Assembly: GCA_963667015.2 (NCBI GenBank)
Contig: CAXXJJ010000001.1
Coordinates: forward strand, 1,888,001 to 1,952,000
Reading direction: 5' to 3'
Source of the DNA: Desulfatiglandales bacterium
Lineage (GTDB): Bacteria; Desulfobacterota; DSM-4660; Desulfatiglandales; HGW-15
Length of the DNA: 64,000 nucleotides
Shown here piece by piece: positions 40,274 through 48,877 of this stretch. The position numbers and the translations under genes are program-made. The notes beneath the pieces are model-generated. The model did no database searches and was not told the origin of the DNA. It saw only the letters and a program-made list of their open reading frames with translations. The first letter of the stretch is position 1. Each line of letters opens with the position of its first letter.

Positions 40274-41380
40274 TTACCCAACATTTTCAAGTTTAATTTC
40301 TAAAAAGTTTGGAATATTCTCCATTACAGAAAAACTTGATTTTTCTCTAAGTAATTCTTCATTACCTTCAACCGACGTTCCTATTTGAATACCTGTATCT
40401 CCTGTAAGATCTTTCAATTCTTTATTTTTCAAATAGATATCATTTACTTGTTTGCTCAAATAAACATCTTCGGAATACCGAAAAATCATGAAGTTTATGG
40501 CTGCTAATTTTTTGGCTATTGGAAGACTTTTAAACTGCTTGTAAAATGATCTATATCGTTTGTCGTGTTTATCTATAAATAACATTATGATACTACTATT
40601 TTTTAACGGGAATACACATATGTTAAGTGTCTGAACTTTATAGTCAGGTGACGTGCTGTACACATTGTTGTTAATAACATTTCCTTGTAAATCTAAAATT
40701 AATGCAATTTGACCTTGAAAAGCTATTGGCACAACATAATTTAGCTTTTCGTAGTAAAATAGATAGAATTCATTCTTCCACCCCTTTTCGATAATCTTTT
40801 TTGCACGTTTAAAACCTCTATAATAATCTTTTAAATCCAATGTGTTGATCTGTTCGATAGGACCAAAAAAAGCCTTTGCACTGTCAGGTGGAAATCCTGA
40901 ATCGATCAAACTTTTTTGTGCATTTTTATAAAGGGCTATTTCGAAACGCCGTTTGCTTATACTCTTTAAATTATTCTTCATCGCTATTTGAGCGATCATT
41001 TTATCTGTAGGCATTGCACTATAATTGTCTGGATTCTCATAGTCTTTAAAAATAATATTGTCGCACTCTCTGCAAATAAGGTGAAAAGTGCCAGAGTTGT
41101 TCACTCCTTTTTCAGTATCCAGTAATGGCAAATCTATAATTTCATTATTGATATAACACTTACCATTTACGGATATATTTCTTAAAAAAGACGCTGGGAT
41201 TGAATGTGAATTACAAAATTGAGTTGTTAATTTAGAACAGTAAAGACACCTATCAGGTTTAGAATCTTTTCTACTATCACTCGAAAGCTTGCTAAGTGTT
41301 TTTTTGAATTCAACTTTATTCTCAAGCATTTTGGATAATTCATGAGCATTAATATTACTCAAATTTAGCATTTCATTCAT
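40274..41380 (-). CDS. hypothetical protein with Zn/HNH-like N-terminus (cassette)
   Basis: CLYC...NSHSIP...CRECD. Confidence 0.65.
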   Translation of the reverse strand: MNEMLNLSNINAHELSKMLENKVEFKKTLSKLSSDSRKDSKPDRCLYCSKLTTQFCNSHSIPASFLRNISVNGKCYINNEIIDLPLLDTEKGVNNSGTFHLICRECDNIIFKDYENPDNYSAMPTDKMIAQIAMKNNLKSISKRRFEIALYKNAQKSLIDSGFPPDSAKAFFGPIEQINTLDLKDYYRGFKRAKKIIEKGWKNEFYLFYYEKLNYVVPIAFQGQIALILDLQGNVINNNVYSTSPDYKVQTLNICVFPLKNSSIIMLFIDKHDKRYRSFYKQFKSLPIAKKLAAINFMIFRYSEDVYLSKQVNDIYLKNKELKDLTGDTGIQIGTSVEGNEELLREKSSFSVMENIPNFLEIKLENVG

Positions 41381-41397
41381 TTCTATATCCTATACAG

Positions 41398-41530
41398 ATA
41401 TAACGCCAGGTATTACAAGCCGGGCGGCGCAAACCGAGCTACTATTTAAAACCTAAAAAATTGATACTTGTAAGATGATACATAAAAAGCAAAGAAAATA
41501 GCCCGGTCTTAGTAAATACTCTTGTTCGGT
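41398..41530 (-). repeat. attC site
   Basis: GTATTACAAGCCGGGC/GCCCGGTCTTAGTAAATAC; sister of 45909. Confidence 0.88.
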
Positions 41531-41532
41531 TT

Positions 41533-41775
41533 TCATTCTGCCGCAAAGCTCTCGTTTGCATAGAATTCCAAATATCCGCAACTATTACATCGATAAGCTC
41601 CAATTGGAATGCCTTTAGTAGTAGGAGCTTTTGTTGAATAAAAGAAAGATTTTTTAGGTTTACCTTCATGCCAGTGACCAATTAAGCGATGTGCCTGAGA
41701 GTGATCTGGTACAAAGCCATGCACCATTTCGCCTTTGCATTTCGGACAACTTGATATTGTTGTGTTAGAATCCAT
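41533..41775 (-). CDS. small Zn-ribbon protein (DUF6487-like) (cassette)
   Basis: CPKCKGEMVHG...AYRCNSCGYLEFY. Confidence 0.75.
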   Translation of the reverse strand: MDSNTTISSCPKCKGEMVHGFVPDHSQAHRLIGHWHEGKPKKSFFYSTKAPTTKGIPIGAYRCNSCGYLEFYANESFAAE

Positions 41776-41794
41776 TGCATCTCCTCTCTTTTAA

Positions 41795-41921
41795 ACCGAA
41801 CGCGGAATTAACGAGCGTGCGATGCCAGCTAATAAAGGCTCTTAGAAGGATGAATGTTGCAAACCTTTAAAGATCGATTTGGCAAGATAGTAAGCACGTC
41901 ACGTTGAATGAATTGTTAACT
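41795..41921 (-). repeat. attC site
   Basis: ACCGAAC..TTAACGAGCGTGC/GCACGTCACGTTGAA..GTTAACT. Confidence 0.85.
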
Positions 41922-41934
41922 GCCATTGCGCCAC

Positions 41935-42324
41935 CTAACCGAATAATGTAGTCGTGAAAATAGCCACTATATAAAGGATTTGAAATACAACCCACATTCT
42001 CGCAAGGTAACCATAGATACGTTTTGAACTATTGAAAGCCGAACGCCATAAAGATACAAAAATCCATATGGTATAAACAACAATAAAAAGAATGAAACAG
42101 ATGCCAACAACAAATAAAAAAATATCATGAGCTTCCAAGGAATAACCAACGTTCATGGAGGGTTCCTTTTTTACCGCCCAATAGAATTGTAATGGAAGTA
42201 ATGTGGTTATAAAAACGAAGATAGCTAAGGTATCCAATAAGTGATATATAATAAAATTCCATATCCAGAAAACCTTCCAAAGCTTTTCTTCACCATTCCA
42301 ATTCTTTTTAATAAAATTTATCAT
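41935..42324 (-). CDS. membrane hypothetical protein (cassette)
   Basis: W.GEEKLWKVFW and VSLWRSA motifs; TM helices. Confidence 0.7.
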   Translation of the reverse strand: MINFIKKNWNGEEKLWKVFWIWNFIIYHLLDTLAIFVFITTLLPLQFYWAVKKEPSMNVGYSLEAHDIFLFVVGICFILFIVVYTIWIFVSLWRSAFNSSKRIYGYLARMWVVFQILYIVAIFTTTLFG

Positions 42325-42336
42325 TCTCAATTTTAC

Positions 42337-42466
42337 AGTTAACGAAAAGTTAAGCGAGCCCGGCGGTTTAATGCCGACTGGCCTCATGCTCCTAAGATAG
42401 TTGATAATATTGATTCTGCTCGCCCGGCGATACAGTAGCCGGGTCCCCTTGAACGCCAGGTTAAAA
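42337..42466 (-). repeat. attC site
   Basis: AGTTAAC..CCCGGC/GCCGGG..GTTAAAA. Confidence 0.85.
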
Positions 42467-42706
42467 GCCGATTTCGCCTGCTATTTACCGACTATTATAT
42501 TTTGATAACCAGTTCTTATTACGACTTAATTTCCATTTTTATTTTCTATTTAGGAATTATGGCAATTTGCCTTTTATCCTGAATAGGAAATAATTCAGCC
42601 CGGAATTTTATTTTTGATACTGCTATTTGGCCATTTTGCCAGCATTGGCATTCTGGCCAAATACCATAAATGATGACTTCTTATTTGCCCCATTTCAGCT
42701 TTTAAC
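42460..42706. other. ORF-less cassette, family B (divergent copy)
   Basis: Homologous to 44595-44840 and 55438-55684. Confidence 0.85.
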
Positions 42707-42828
42707 GGCGAAGTTAAGGAGCCTGGCGTTAATGGTGCCGATGATCGATTAAGTACAAAGGCCATTGAAACTGTTGAATTTCAATCGGCAAGAAAAACTA
42801 GCAAATCACCTTGATTGACAGGTTAGAA
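42700..42828 (-). repeat. attC site
   Basis: TTTTAAC..TAAGG/CCTTG..GTTAGAA; interior like 36448 and 53013. Confidence 0.8.
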
Positions 42829-42871
42829 TATTTAAGGGTAACATAGCCTCATAGTGCGAATATTCTAATTC

Positions 42872-43348
42872 CTATTTTTGAAAATATTTAAATAGATTGT
42901 TATCGCAATATTCTGCACTATCAATATATTCAAGGGTTTTTTGATTAAAAACATTAAATATACTTTTTATATTTTCATTTCCCTTAGTATCTTTCCACAA
43001 AATATAATTTAGGTTACATGCCTTGATTTCTTTTAATAAATTATTTTCAATCTTTCCTTGAATAATAAATGAAGGTAAGCCTTGATGAATAAGAAATACT
43101 GAAATATCCATCATCCTTTTCTCGATTGCTAAAATTCCTTTATCATTTAGATCTTCTCTTTTTATTTCCCTTACACAATCATCTATTGATCGAAGTTTTG
43201 CATTATAATTTTTCTCATAATCCAATGTAGTACCATCTACTGGCCAATCCTTTAAATTATACTCTTCAAAGTTTTTTAATTGAGATTTAGCACAACCCCC
43301 ATTAACAGATATGAGTGTTAAGATCATTATTAAAAGATATTTTCTCAT
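42872..43348 (-). CDS. hypothetical lipoprotein (cassette)
   Basis: MRKYLL...GGC signal. Confidence 0.65.
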   Translation of the reverse strand: MRKYLLIMILTLISVNGGCAKSQLKNFEEYNLKDWPVDGTTLDYEKNYNAKLRSIDDCVREIKREDLNDKGILAIEKRMMDISVFLIHQGLPSFIIQGKIENNLLKEIKACNLNYILWKDTKGNENIKSIFNVFNQKTLEYIDSAEYCDNNLFKYFQK

Positions 43349-43357
43349 TTTATCCAA

Positions 43358-43486
43358 TTCTAACGGCACACTAACAGGCAGGCTGGGCTTATGTTTGAAG
43401 CTTATTGCATGGAATAACTTCGATAACTTTTGCGGTGCAATTTGGCAAGAAAAACCAGCCTGTCCTTGTTTAGTGACTTGTTCTGT
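43358..43486 (-). repeat. attC site
   Basis: CACTAACAGGCAGGCTGG/CCAGCCTGTCCTTGTTTAGTG. Confidence 0.88.
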
Positions 43487-43504
43487 ATCGTTTTATAATA
43501 AGTT

Positions 43505-43771
43505 TTATCGATGCATCTCTGAATCGATTCGTTCAGATAGAAATATTTTTAACAATGATTGATAAGGCACGTCGCGTTTATTAGCCAGTAATTTTAATTC
43601 TTCAAGTAGGGATTCAGGTAGCCGGATTGAAATAGTTTTAGTAGATGGCTTAAGCCTTGGTAAAGTGACTTCCTCGGCTTCATCCCAATTTATGTATTCT
43701 ACAGAATCATGGTTTTGCCAGAATTTTCGTTCCTGTATTTCAGTTTTAAATTTGGGTATTTTCTTTTTCAT
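43505..43771 (-). CDS. brnA: BrnA/CopG-family antitoxin (cassette)
   Basis: IPKFKTE..ERKFWQNHDS...TISIRLP...DVPYQSLLK. Confidence 0.85.
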   Translation of the reverse strand: MKKKIPKFKTEIQERKFWQNHDSVEYINWDEAEEVTLPRLKPSTKTISIRLPESLLEELKLLANKRDVPYQSLLKIFLSERIDSEMHR

Positions 43772-44070
43772 CTTTCATACCTTTCTATTTCTGAGTCTGT
43801 CATATCACGTGCAGATATTATTCTTATTTTATTTTCGCGTACTGTAAATACTGCAAAAAGTAAACGATCCATATTAGTTCGTCCAAGCACGTAATATCTA
43901 TTTTCAAAATTTGAATGCTTTTTGTCTCTTTTTACAATTAATGGTTTATTAAAGAAAATTTGTTCGCATTCAACAATCGAGACATCATGTTTGTCCCAAT
44001 TTTTGGTTATATTGCCCTCGTCCCATTCAAAACCAGAGCAACTTTCTAATGTTTTTTTAGGTTTTACCAT
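43768..44070 (-). CDS. brnT: BrnT-family toxin (cassette)
   Basis: FEWDEGN..KNWDKH...IRIISAR; TTGACA upstream near 44102-44107. Confidence 0.9.
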   Translation of the reverse strand: MVKPKKTLESCSGFEWDEGNITKNWDKHDVSIVECEQIFFNKPLIVKRDKKHSNFENRYYVLGRTNMDRLLFAVFTVRENKIRIISARDMTDSEIERYER

Positions 44071-44117
44071 AAGTTGATGTATATCATGATTATATACTTT
44101 ATGTCAATTCTGCTTTT

Positions 44118-44251
44118 ACAGAACAAAAAGCATTACAGGCCGTGCGGTGCAAACCAACTTGCAATATTAAATGCAGGAAAGTTCATGGCTGGCAGATAGT
44201 TTAAAAAAGGCGAAAAAAATAGCACGGTCCTTGTAGATGCAATGGTTGGCT
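44118..44251 (-). repeat. attC site (family-A type)
   Basis: Near-identical to 39208-39341. Confidence 0.88.
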
Positions 44252-44520
44252 GCCGCCAACCTGTTTAGTTTGTTTTTGACTGCTTACTTTCAATTACTGA
44301 TTTTTAATGATTTGATGCTTTTTGAATACTATGTTTTTTGATTCTTCTTTTTATATTGTTCTGGATAATTTTTCAAAGAATTTCCGGGGAATGGATTCCC
44401 TTTGTCTTTTGTTACCTTTTTATTTCCAGATCAATTCTCGCGCCCTTGAGTTACATGTAATTGCAACTTCATTTCCGTTTCCAGTGAAATTCCCTTTGCT
44501 CTATTCTATTGACAGCCAAC
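44245..44520. other. ORF-less cassette, family A copy 2
   Basis: Homology to the other A copies. Confidence 0.85.
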
Positions 44521-44601
44521 GGCCAGCTCACAAGCCACGCCGAGATGCACAGCAAAAATTGAAAGAAGCCCCTCGTGGTCTTGTGAAGCGACAGGTTAAA
44601 A
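44514..44601 (-). repeat. attC site
   Basis: GCTCACAAGCCACG/CGTGGTCTTGTGAAGC; near-identical to 55357. Confidence 0.88.
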
Positions 44602-44840
44602 GCCGATTTTGCCCGCTATTTACCGACCTTGTATTTTTGATAACCAGTTATTATTACAACAATATTTTGATTCTTATTTTCTATTTACAACTTTTGGCAA
44701 GATTGCCAATTTTTGTAAATAGACATCAATTCAGCCCGGAATTTTATTTTTGATACTGCCATTTGGGGATTCAGGAAATATTTCCTATTTCCCCAAATAC
44801 CTTAAATTACCTTCTTTATTATGTCCTTTAAGCTTTTAAC
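44595..44840. other. ORF-less cassette, family B
   Basis: Near-identical to 55438-55684. Confidence 0.85.
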
Positions 44841-44919
44841 GTTTTGCTCACCAGCCCCGCCGTGATTTATCATATCAAGCAAGGAACCCTCCGGGGTCTG
44901 GTGTAGCAGTTTGTTAAAT
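44834..44919 (-). repeat. attC site
   Basis: Sister of 38391. Confidence 0.88.
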
Positions 44920-44922
44920 GAT

Positions 44923-45894
44923 TTATCTTATTTGTTTTTTATCAATATATGTTTCTAAAATAAACATTCCGAATGTAATCATACTGTTTACTAACAGCCT
45001 TACATGTCTTTCTGAAAGCTTATATTTTCTTATACCGTGTCCATGTGCCGCGCTGTACCCAGTACGCAAGGCACCAACACCTAAAATTACATTTTGAATT
45101 CCACCTAAAATTCGTTTTATTTCTGAATCAGAGTGATGGCTTGGATTGAAGCCGACAATTTCAACAACGTTGGAAAGAAGAACCGATATATTTTGCTTTT
45201 TGGGTAGCGGGTTACCTTCTAACTCTATAATTGCTTTACAAATACTCTCTAGAGTTGAGGATGAGCTGGTAACAGCTTGTTCAGGATCTTTTTCGATATT
45301 GTGAAGAGCCCGGTTGAAATCTTCCAGAACTGAACTTAAATTGTTTTGATTTATTAACTCAATGACCAACTTTACTGACAAAAGCCCTTTGTTTTCTGAG
45401 TAAAGTCCAAGTTCTTTACCTATTAGAAGGATGGTTTTGGAATCCATACTTTTTAAAAGATCTTGTACATAGACCCTTTTGCTTGGAACCATTGAAACAT
45501 TTTCAGTTTTAACATTAAAGCCCGAAAGAAAAGTATTGATTTCAGTCGTAACCATGCAGCTTTGAAGATGATAGGCAATTTTGTTTACTAATTCGATTCG
45601 TTGTAAATTTGATAAAGGTTCTGGTTTTTCAGGTGGTGATTGCTGTTCTTCTGATAAAATTTCGATTAAAAAATCAAACTGACCGGAAATATTTTGGATT
45701 CTGGAAAGTGATTGTTGAATATGATCAGCGAGTTTCTGATGGGAATTTTTTCTCAAATGCCAATCAAGTCTTTCAAGAATTGAATCAAATTGCGAGCTAA
45801 CTATTTTTTGGTATCCGGGATCTTCAAAATACCAGTTGAGGTCTAAGTTAATAGACTGTAGTTCATCTATGTATTTTTGAAATGAGGGGTTCAT
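44923..45894 (-). CDS. abortive-infection family protein (Abi C-terminal domain, AbiJ-like) (cassette)
   Basis: AVTSSSSTLESICKAI...LRTGYSAAHG (HEPN-like RxxxxxAH). Confidence 0.75.
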   Translation of the reverse strand: MNPSFQKYIDELQSINLDLNWYFEDPGYQKIVSSQFDSILERLDWHLRKNSHQKLADHIQQSLSRIQNISGQFDFLIEILSEEQQSPPEKPEPLSNLQRIELVNKIAYHLQSCMVTTEINTFLSGFNVKTENVSMVPSKRVYVQDLLKSMDSKTILLIGKELGLYSENKGLLSVKLVIELINQNNLSSVLEDFNRALHNIEKDPEQAVTSSSSTLESICKAIIELEGNPLPKKQNISVLLSNVVEIVGFNPSHHSDSEIKRILGGIQNVILGVGALRTGYSAAHGHGIRKYKLSERHVRLLVNSMITFGMFILETYIDKKQIR

Positions 45895-45908
45895 ATTTAC
45901 TTTCTTAC

Positions 45909-46040
45909 ATTTAACGCCAGGTATTACAAGCCGGGCGGATTAATTTTACAAATATTTACCAACAGCAATAATTACTTAATTGCTCGCAAGCTCGATCTAG
46001 CAAGATGGTAGCCCGGTCTTAGTAGATACCCTTGTTGGCT
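45909..46040 (-). repeat. attC site
   Basis: Sister of 41398. Confidence 0.88.
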
Positions 46041-46122
46041 GCCGCCAACCTGTTTAGTTTGTTTTGACCACTTACTTTCAATTACTAATTTTTAAAAATT
46101 AATGCCATGTTGGCTAAAAATA

Positions 46123-46788
46123 TTAACTTTCCTCTATATTGTCTCGCAACATTTCTAGTGTTTTCCATGATTTGTTGGGACTCTGTTTTTTGGGGCTTAC
46201 ACGAACTTTAATTTTTCCTCTCTCAACTGAAAAATTTATCACCTCTGCAGCCTTTTCGTTTAATTGAATCAATACATCTGAAAAATCTAAATTAGAATAT
46301 GTTGACACTATTTTGGCAATAACAGTTTCGCTCGATCCTGAACTCAGATTTTGTACTTCAATCTCGTCACCAACTTGAAAATTTCGTCCATATATATTTG
46401 CTGTGTTGAGAAATGCACTTTTTTCATTGCTTTTGCTTTTTATATTAATATGAGCATAGCAATCATATTTTCTATTTTGAACCTCAGTCATAATTCTGTC
46501 GCCCTGTTCGGTCCAACAGCATAAAGCCTCTTTAATTTTTTCCAATTTTTCTATGCGTTTTTGTAAACTAACAATAGTATTTTCAGTCTCATTTTTCAAA
46601 TTTGTAATTGCAATTACTTTTTCAACTTTTTGCCATTCTGGTCCATGATGTTTTGCAATTGTACTTTCAATACTATCTATTTTATCAGCAAAATCTTTAA
46701 ATGTATAACCTATCACTGCAATGCCTAGAGTTACTATTGCACCAATGATAATTTCAAAATACTTAGATTTTTTATTGTTTCCATTCAT
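46123..46788 (-). CDS. membrane-anchored hypothetical protein (cassette)
   Basis: N-terminal TM helix and coiled coil; GGAG RBS. Confidence 0.7.
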   Translation of the reverse strand: MNGNNKKSKYFEIIIGAIVTLGIAVIGYTFKDFADKIDSIESTIAKHHGPEWQKVEKVIAITNLKNETENTIVSLQKRIEKLEKIKEALCCWTEQGDRIMTEVQNRKYDCYAHINIKSKSNEKSAFLNTANIYGRNFQVGDEIEVQNLSSGSSETVIAKIVSTYSNLDFSDVLIQLNEKAAEVINFSVERGKIKVRVSPKKQSPNKSWKTLEMLRDNIEES

Positions 46789-46871
46789 TTTTCTCCCTCC
46801 TACTATATTTTTGTTGAATATAAGTAAGCTTCATTTTAAAAAACAATTTTAAATCTATGCATTATTCTCTT

Positions 46872-46936
46872 AGCCAACCGCTGCATAAGCGGCTTGGCGG
46901 GTTTTTCGCCAAGTCGGCTTGATGCAAATGTTAGCT
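46872..46936 (-). repeat. attC site
   Basis: TGCATAAGCGGCTTGGC/GCCAAGTCGGCTTGATGCA. Confidence 0.9.
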
Positions 46937-46942
46937 CCAGTT

Positions 46943-47884
46943 TTAGAAAATCAGTTTTTTATTAAGAGAATAATCAAAATAATTACCCTGTTTAATTATC
47001 CATAGTTCATTAATTCGTCCAATAGTATCGTCTAAATCTCTATCAATATTTTTAAACCTATTTTCCATCTTTTTTAAATTTAAAAAACTTTGCCATTTTT
47101 CAGAAGCATCTTCTATTAAACGAAAAGGTCTTCTATCGAGCCCTATCACGCTTATTGATGTGTCAAGATCGAATGCCATATTTGATATTATAACGAATGC
47201 CAATGATCTCTTTATTGTATTCGACAATAGCTGTTTTGCAGCCTCATATGCTTTAAAAAGAAAAAAATTGTATCCATCATATATGTTACAGCATCCAGCT
47301 AAAGGCTTACCGGACTCGATGCTTTGTACAACATTCCCAAAGCTAACATCTTCCTGGCCTACAAACTTCACCTCGATCGCACAAGGAACGTTATCAGGTG
47401 AAATTGCATCAATATCAAAATGCCCCCCCAAGGCTTCTAATGTATCTATCTTCCATCCTTGCGCATCTATCCATGTTGCACAAATAAGTTCAGTGAGTTT
47501 ACCTTGGAAAATACGGGCCTTTTTATGACGCTCAATCACTTCCTGCTCAAACATCCACTTTTCAACCAAATCCTTTTTATATTGCTTATCCAAATTGATT
47601 TTTGGATCAGACCCGTCGAAAAGAAAATGATGAATTGGAGTCGTAATTTTGTTTAACACCCCATTACTAAAAGCTGTTAATAGGATTGATTGGTGCCTTG
47701 CCATATCAGGTTGAGCTGAATATTTCTTTCGGAAATCTTTCCAAATTTTATCAGGAACAAAAATTTGATTCAAAACGGGACATCGCTTTCGCAAATCGGC
47801 AAACTCATCCAAGAGAGCATCTCGTTTTGGAATGCGTTTTGAAAGACATGGGCATTGAGTATTATTATCCATATTTATCATCAC
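46943..47884 (-). CDS. hypothetical protein with PD-(D/E)XK-like motif (cassette)
   Basis: ELICA...FDIDAISPDNVPCAIEVK. Confidence 0.6.
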   Translation of the reverse strand: MMINMDNNTQCPCLSKRIPKRDALLDEFADLRKRCPVLNQIFVPDKIWKDFRKKYSAQPDMARHQSILLTAFSNGVLNKITTPIHHFLFDGSDPKINLDKQYKKDLVEKWMFEQEVIERHKKARIFQGKLTELICATWIDAQGWKIDTLEALGGHFDIDAISPDNVPCAIEVKFVGQEDVSFGNVVQSIESGKPLAGCCNIYDGYNFFLFKAYEAAKQLLSNTIKRSLAFVIISNMAFDLDTSISVIGLDRRPFRLIEDASEKWQSFLNLKKMENRFKNIDRDLDDTIGRINELWIIKQGNYFDYSLNKKLIF

Positions 47885-47891
47885 TTCCGAG

Positions 47892-48026
47892 AGCTAACGT
47901 GAAGCATTACAGGCCGTGCGGTGCAAACCAACTTACCATGTTAAAGGTGCGAAAATTCCGAGTTGGCAGATAGTTTAAAAAAAGGCGAAAAAAATAGCAC
48001 GGTCCTTGTAGATGCAATGGTTGGCT
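47892..48026 (-). repeat. attC site (family-A type)
   Basis: Near-identical to 39208 and 44118. Confidence 0.88.
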
Positions 48027-48318
48027 GCCGCCAACCTGTTTAGTTTGTTTTTGACTGCTTACTTTCAATTACTGATTTTTAAAGATTTGATGCTTTTTGA
48101 AAACTATGTTTTTGAATGATTCTTTTTACTATATTCCACCAAAGGCGGACAAGTATTTTAAATTTAATTTTCAAAAGAATTTCCGGGGAATGGATTTCCT
48201 TTGTTTTGTTACCTTTTTATTTTCAGATCAATTCTCGCGCCCTTGAGTTACTTGTTATTGGTGACTTCATTTCCGCATCCAATGAAATTCCTTTTTCTCT
48301 ATTCTATTGACAGCCAAC
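48020..48318. other. ORF-less cassette, family A copy 3
   Basis: Homology to the other A copies, with a short internal insertion. Confidence 0.85.
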
Positions 48319-48377
48319 GCCTTGCATAAGCGGCTTGGCAGGTTTTTTGCCAAGTCGGCTTGATGCAAATGTTATGC
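48312..48377 (-). repeat. attC site
   Basis: Sister of 46872. Confidence 0.9.
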
Positions 48378-48863
48378 ATTATTTGTTGAAAGTTGAGACT
48401 TTAAACTCTCAATTGTTTCGCCATCTTGAATAGGATCTTCTATTAAACAATATTTACAAACTTTCTTTCTATATATATCAAGTTTTATATGGATATCCTG
48501 TTCTTCCGAGAAAGCACTTTTAGATATTAATGAAAGATATTTTGATGCGCCATATATGCTTTCTTTATTAGGTAAACCAAACCAATTATGTATGTTTTTA
48601 TAAAACGGAACCAAATGTTGTTTTGCTAATAATTTTGCTCCTAGTGACTCAAGGTTTTTACATGCTTGTATAGCTTCTTCTTTTTGAACAATTCTTGAGT
48701 TTTGTATTACAGTATAATCATTTGAAAAATGATAAATAATTCCTGATATAACTTCTTTTAATTGCTGAATTGGTTCAATAGCCCATTTTAAAATGATTTG
48801 ACCAAAAACAAAAACCGTAACACCTGCTGTAATTGTCGAGAAAAGTGTCATTTTATTCCTCAT
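48372..48863 (-). CDS. hypothetical protein with N-terminal TM (cassette)
   Basis: GVTVFVFGQIILKWAIEPI; stop codon lies in the inverse core. Confidence 0.7.
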   Translation of the reverse strand: MRNKMTLFSTITAGVTVFVFGQIILKWAIEPIQQLKEVISGIIYHFSNDYTVIQNSRIVQKEEAIQACKNLESLGAKLLAKQHLVPFYKNIHNWFGLPNKESIYGASKYLSLISKSAFSEEQDIHIKLDIYRKKVCKYCLIEDPIQDGETIESLKSQLSTNNA

Positions 48864-48877
48864 TTTTATTTTTGTGC

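Noticed and set aside
44322..44753. 143-aa + strand ORF (also 55402..55647 and 48116..48310)
   Set aside because: They lie antisense within non-coding cassettes, two of them cross attC sites, and the frame is not conserved among copies.
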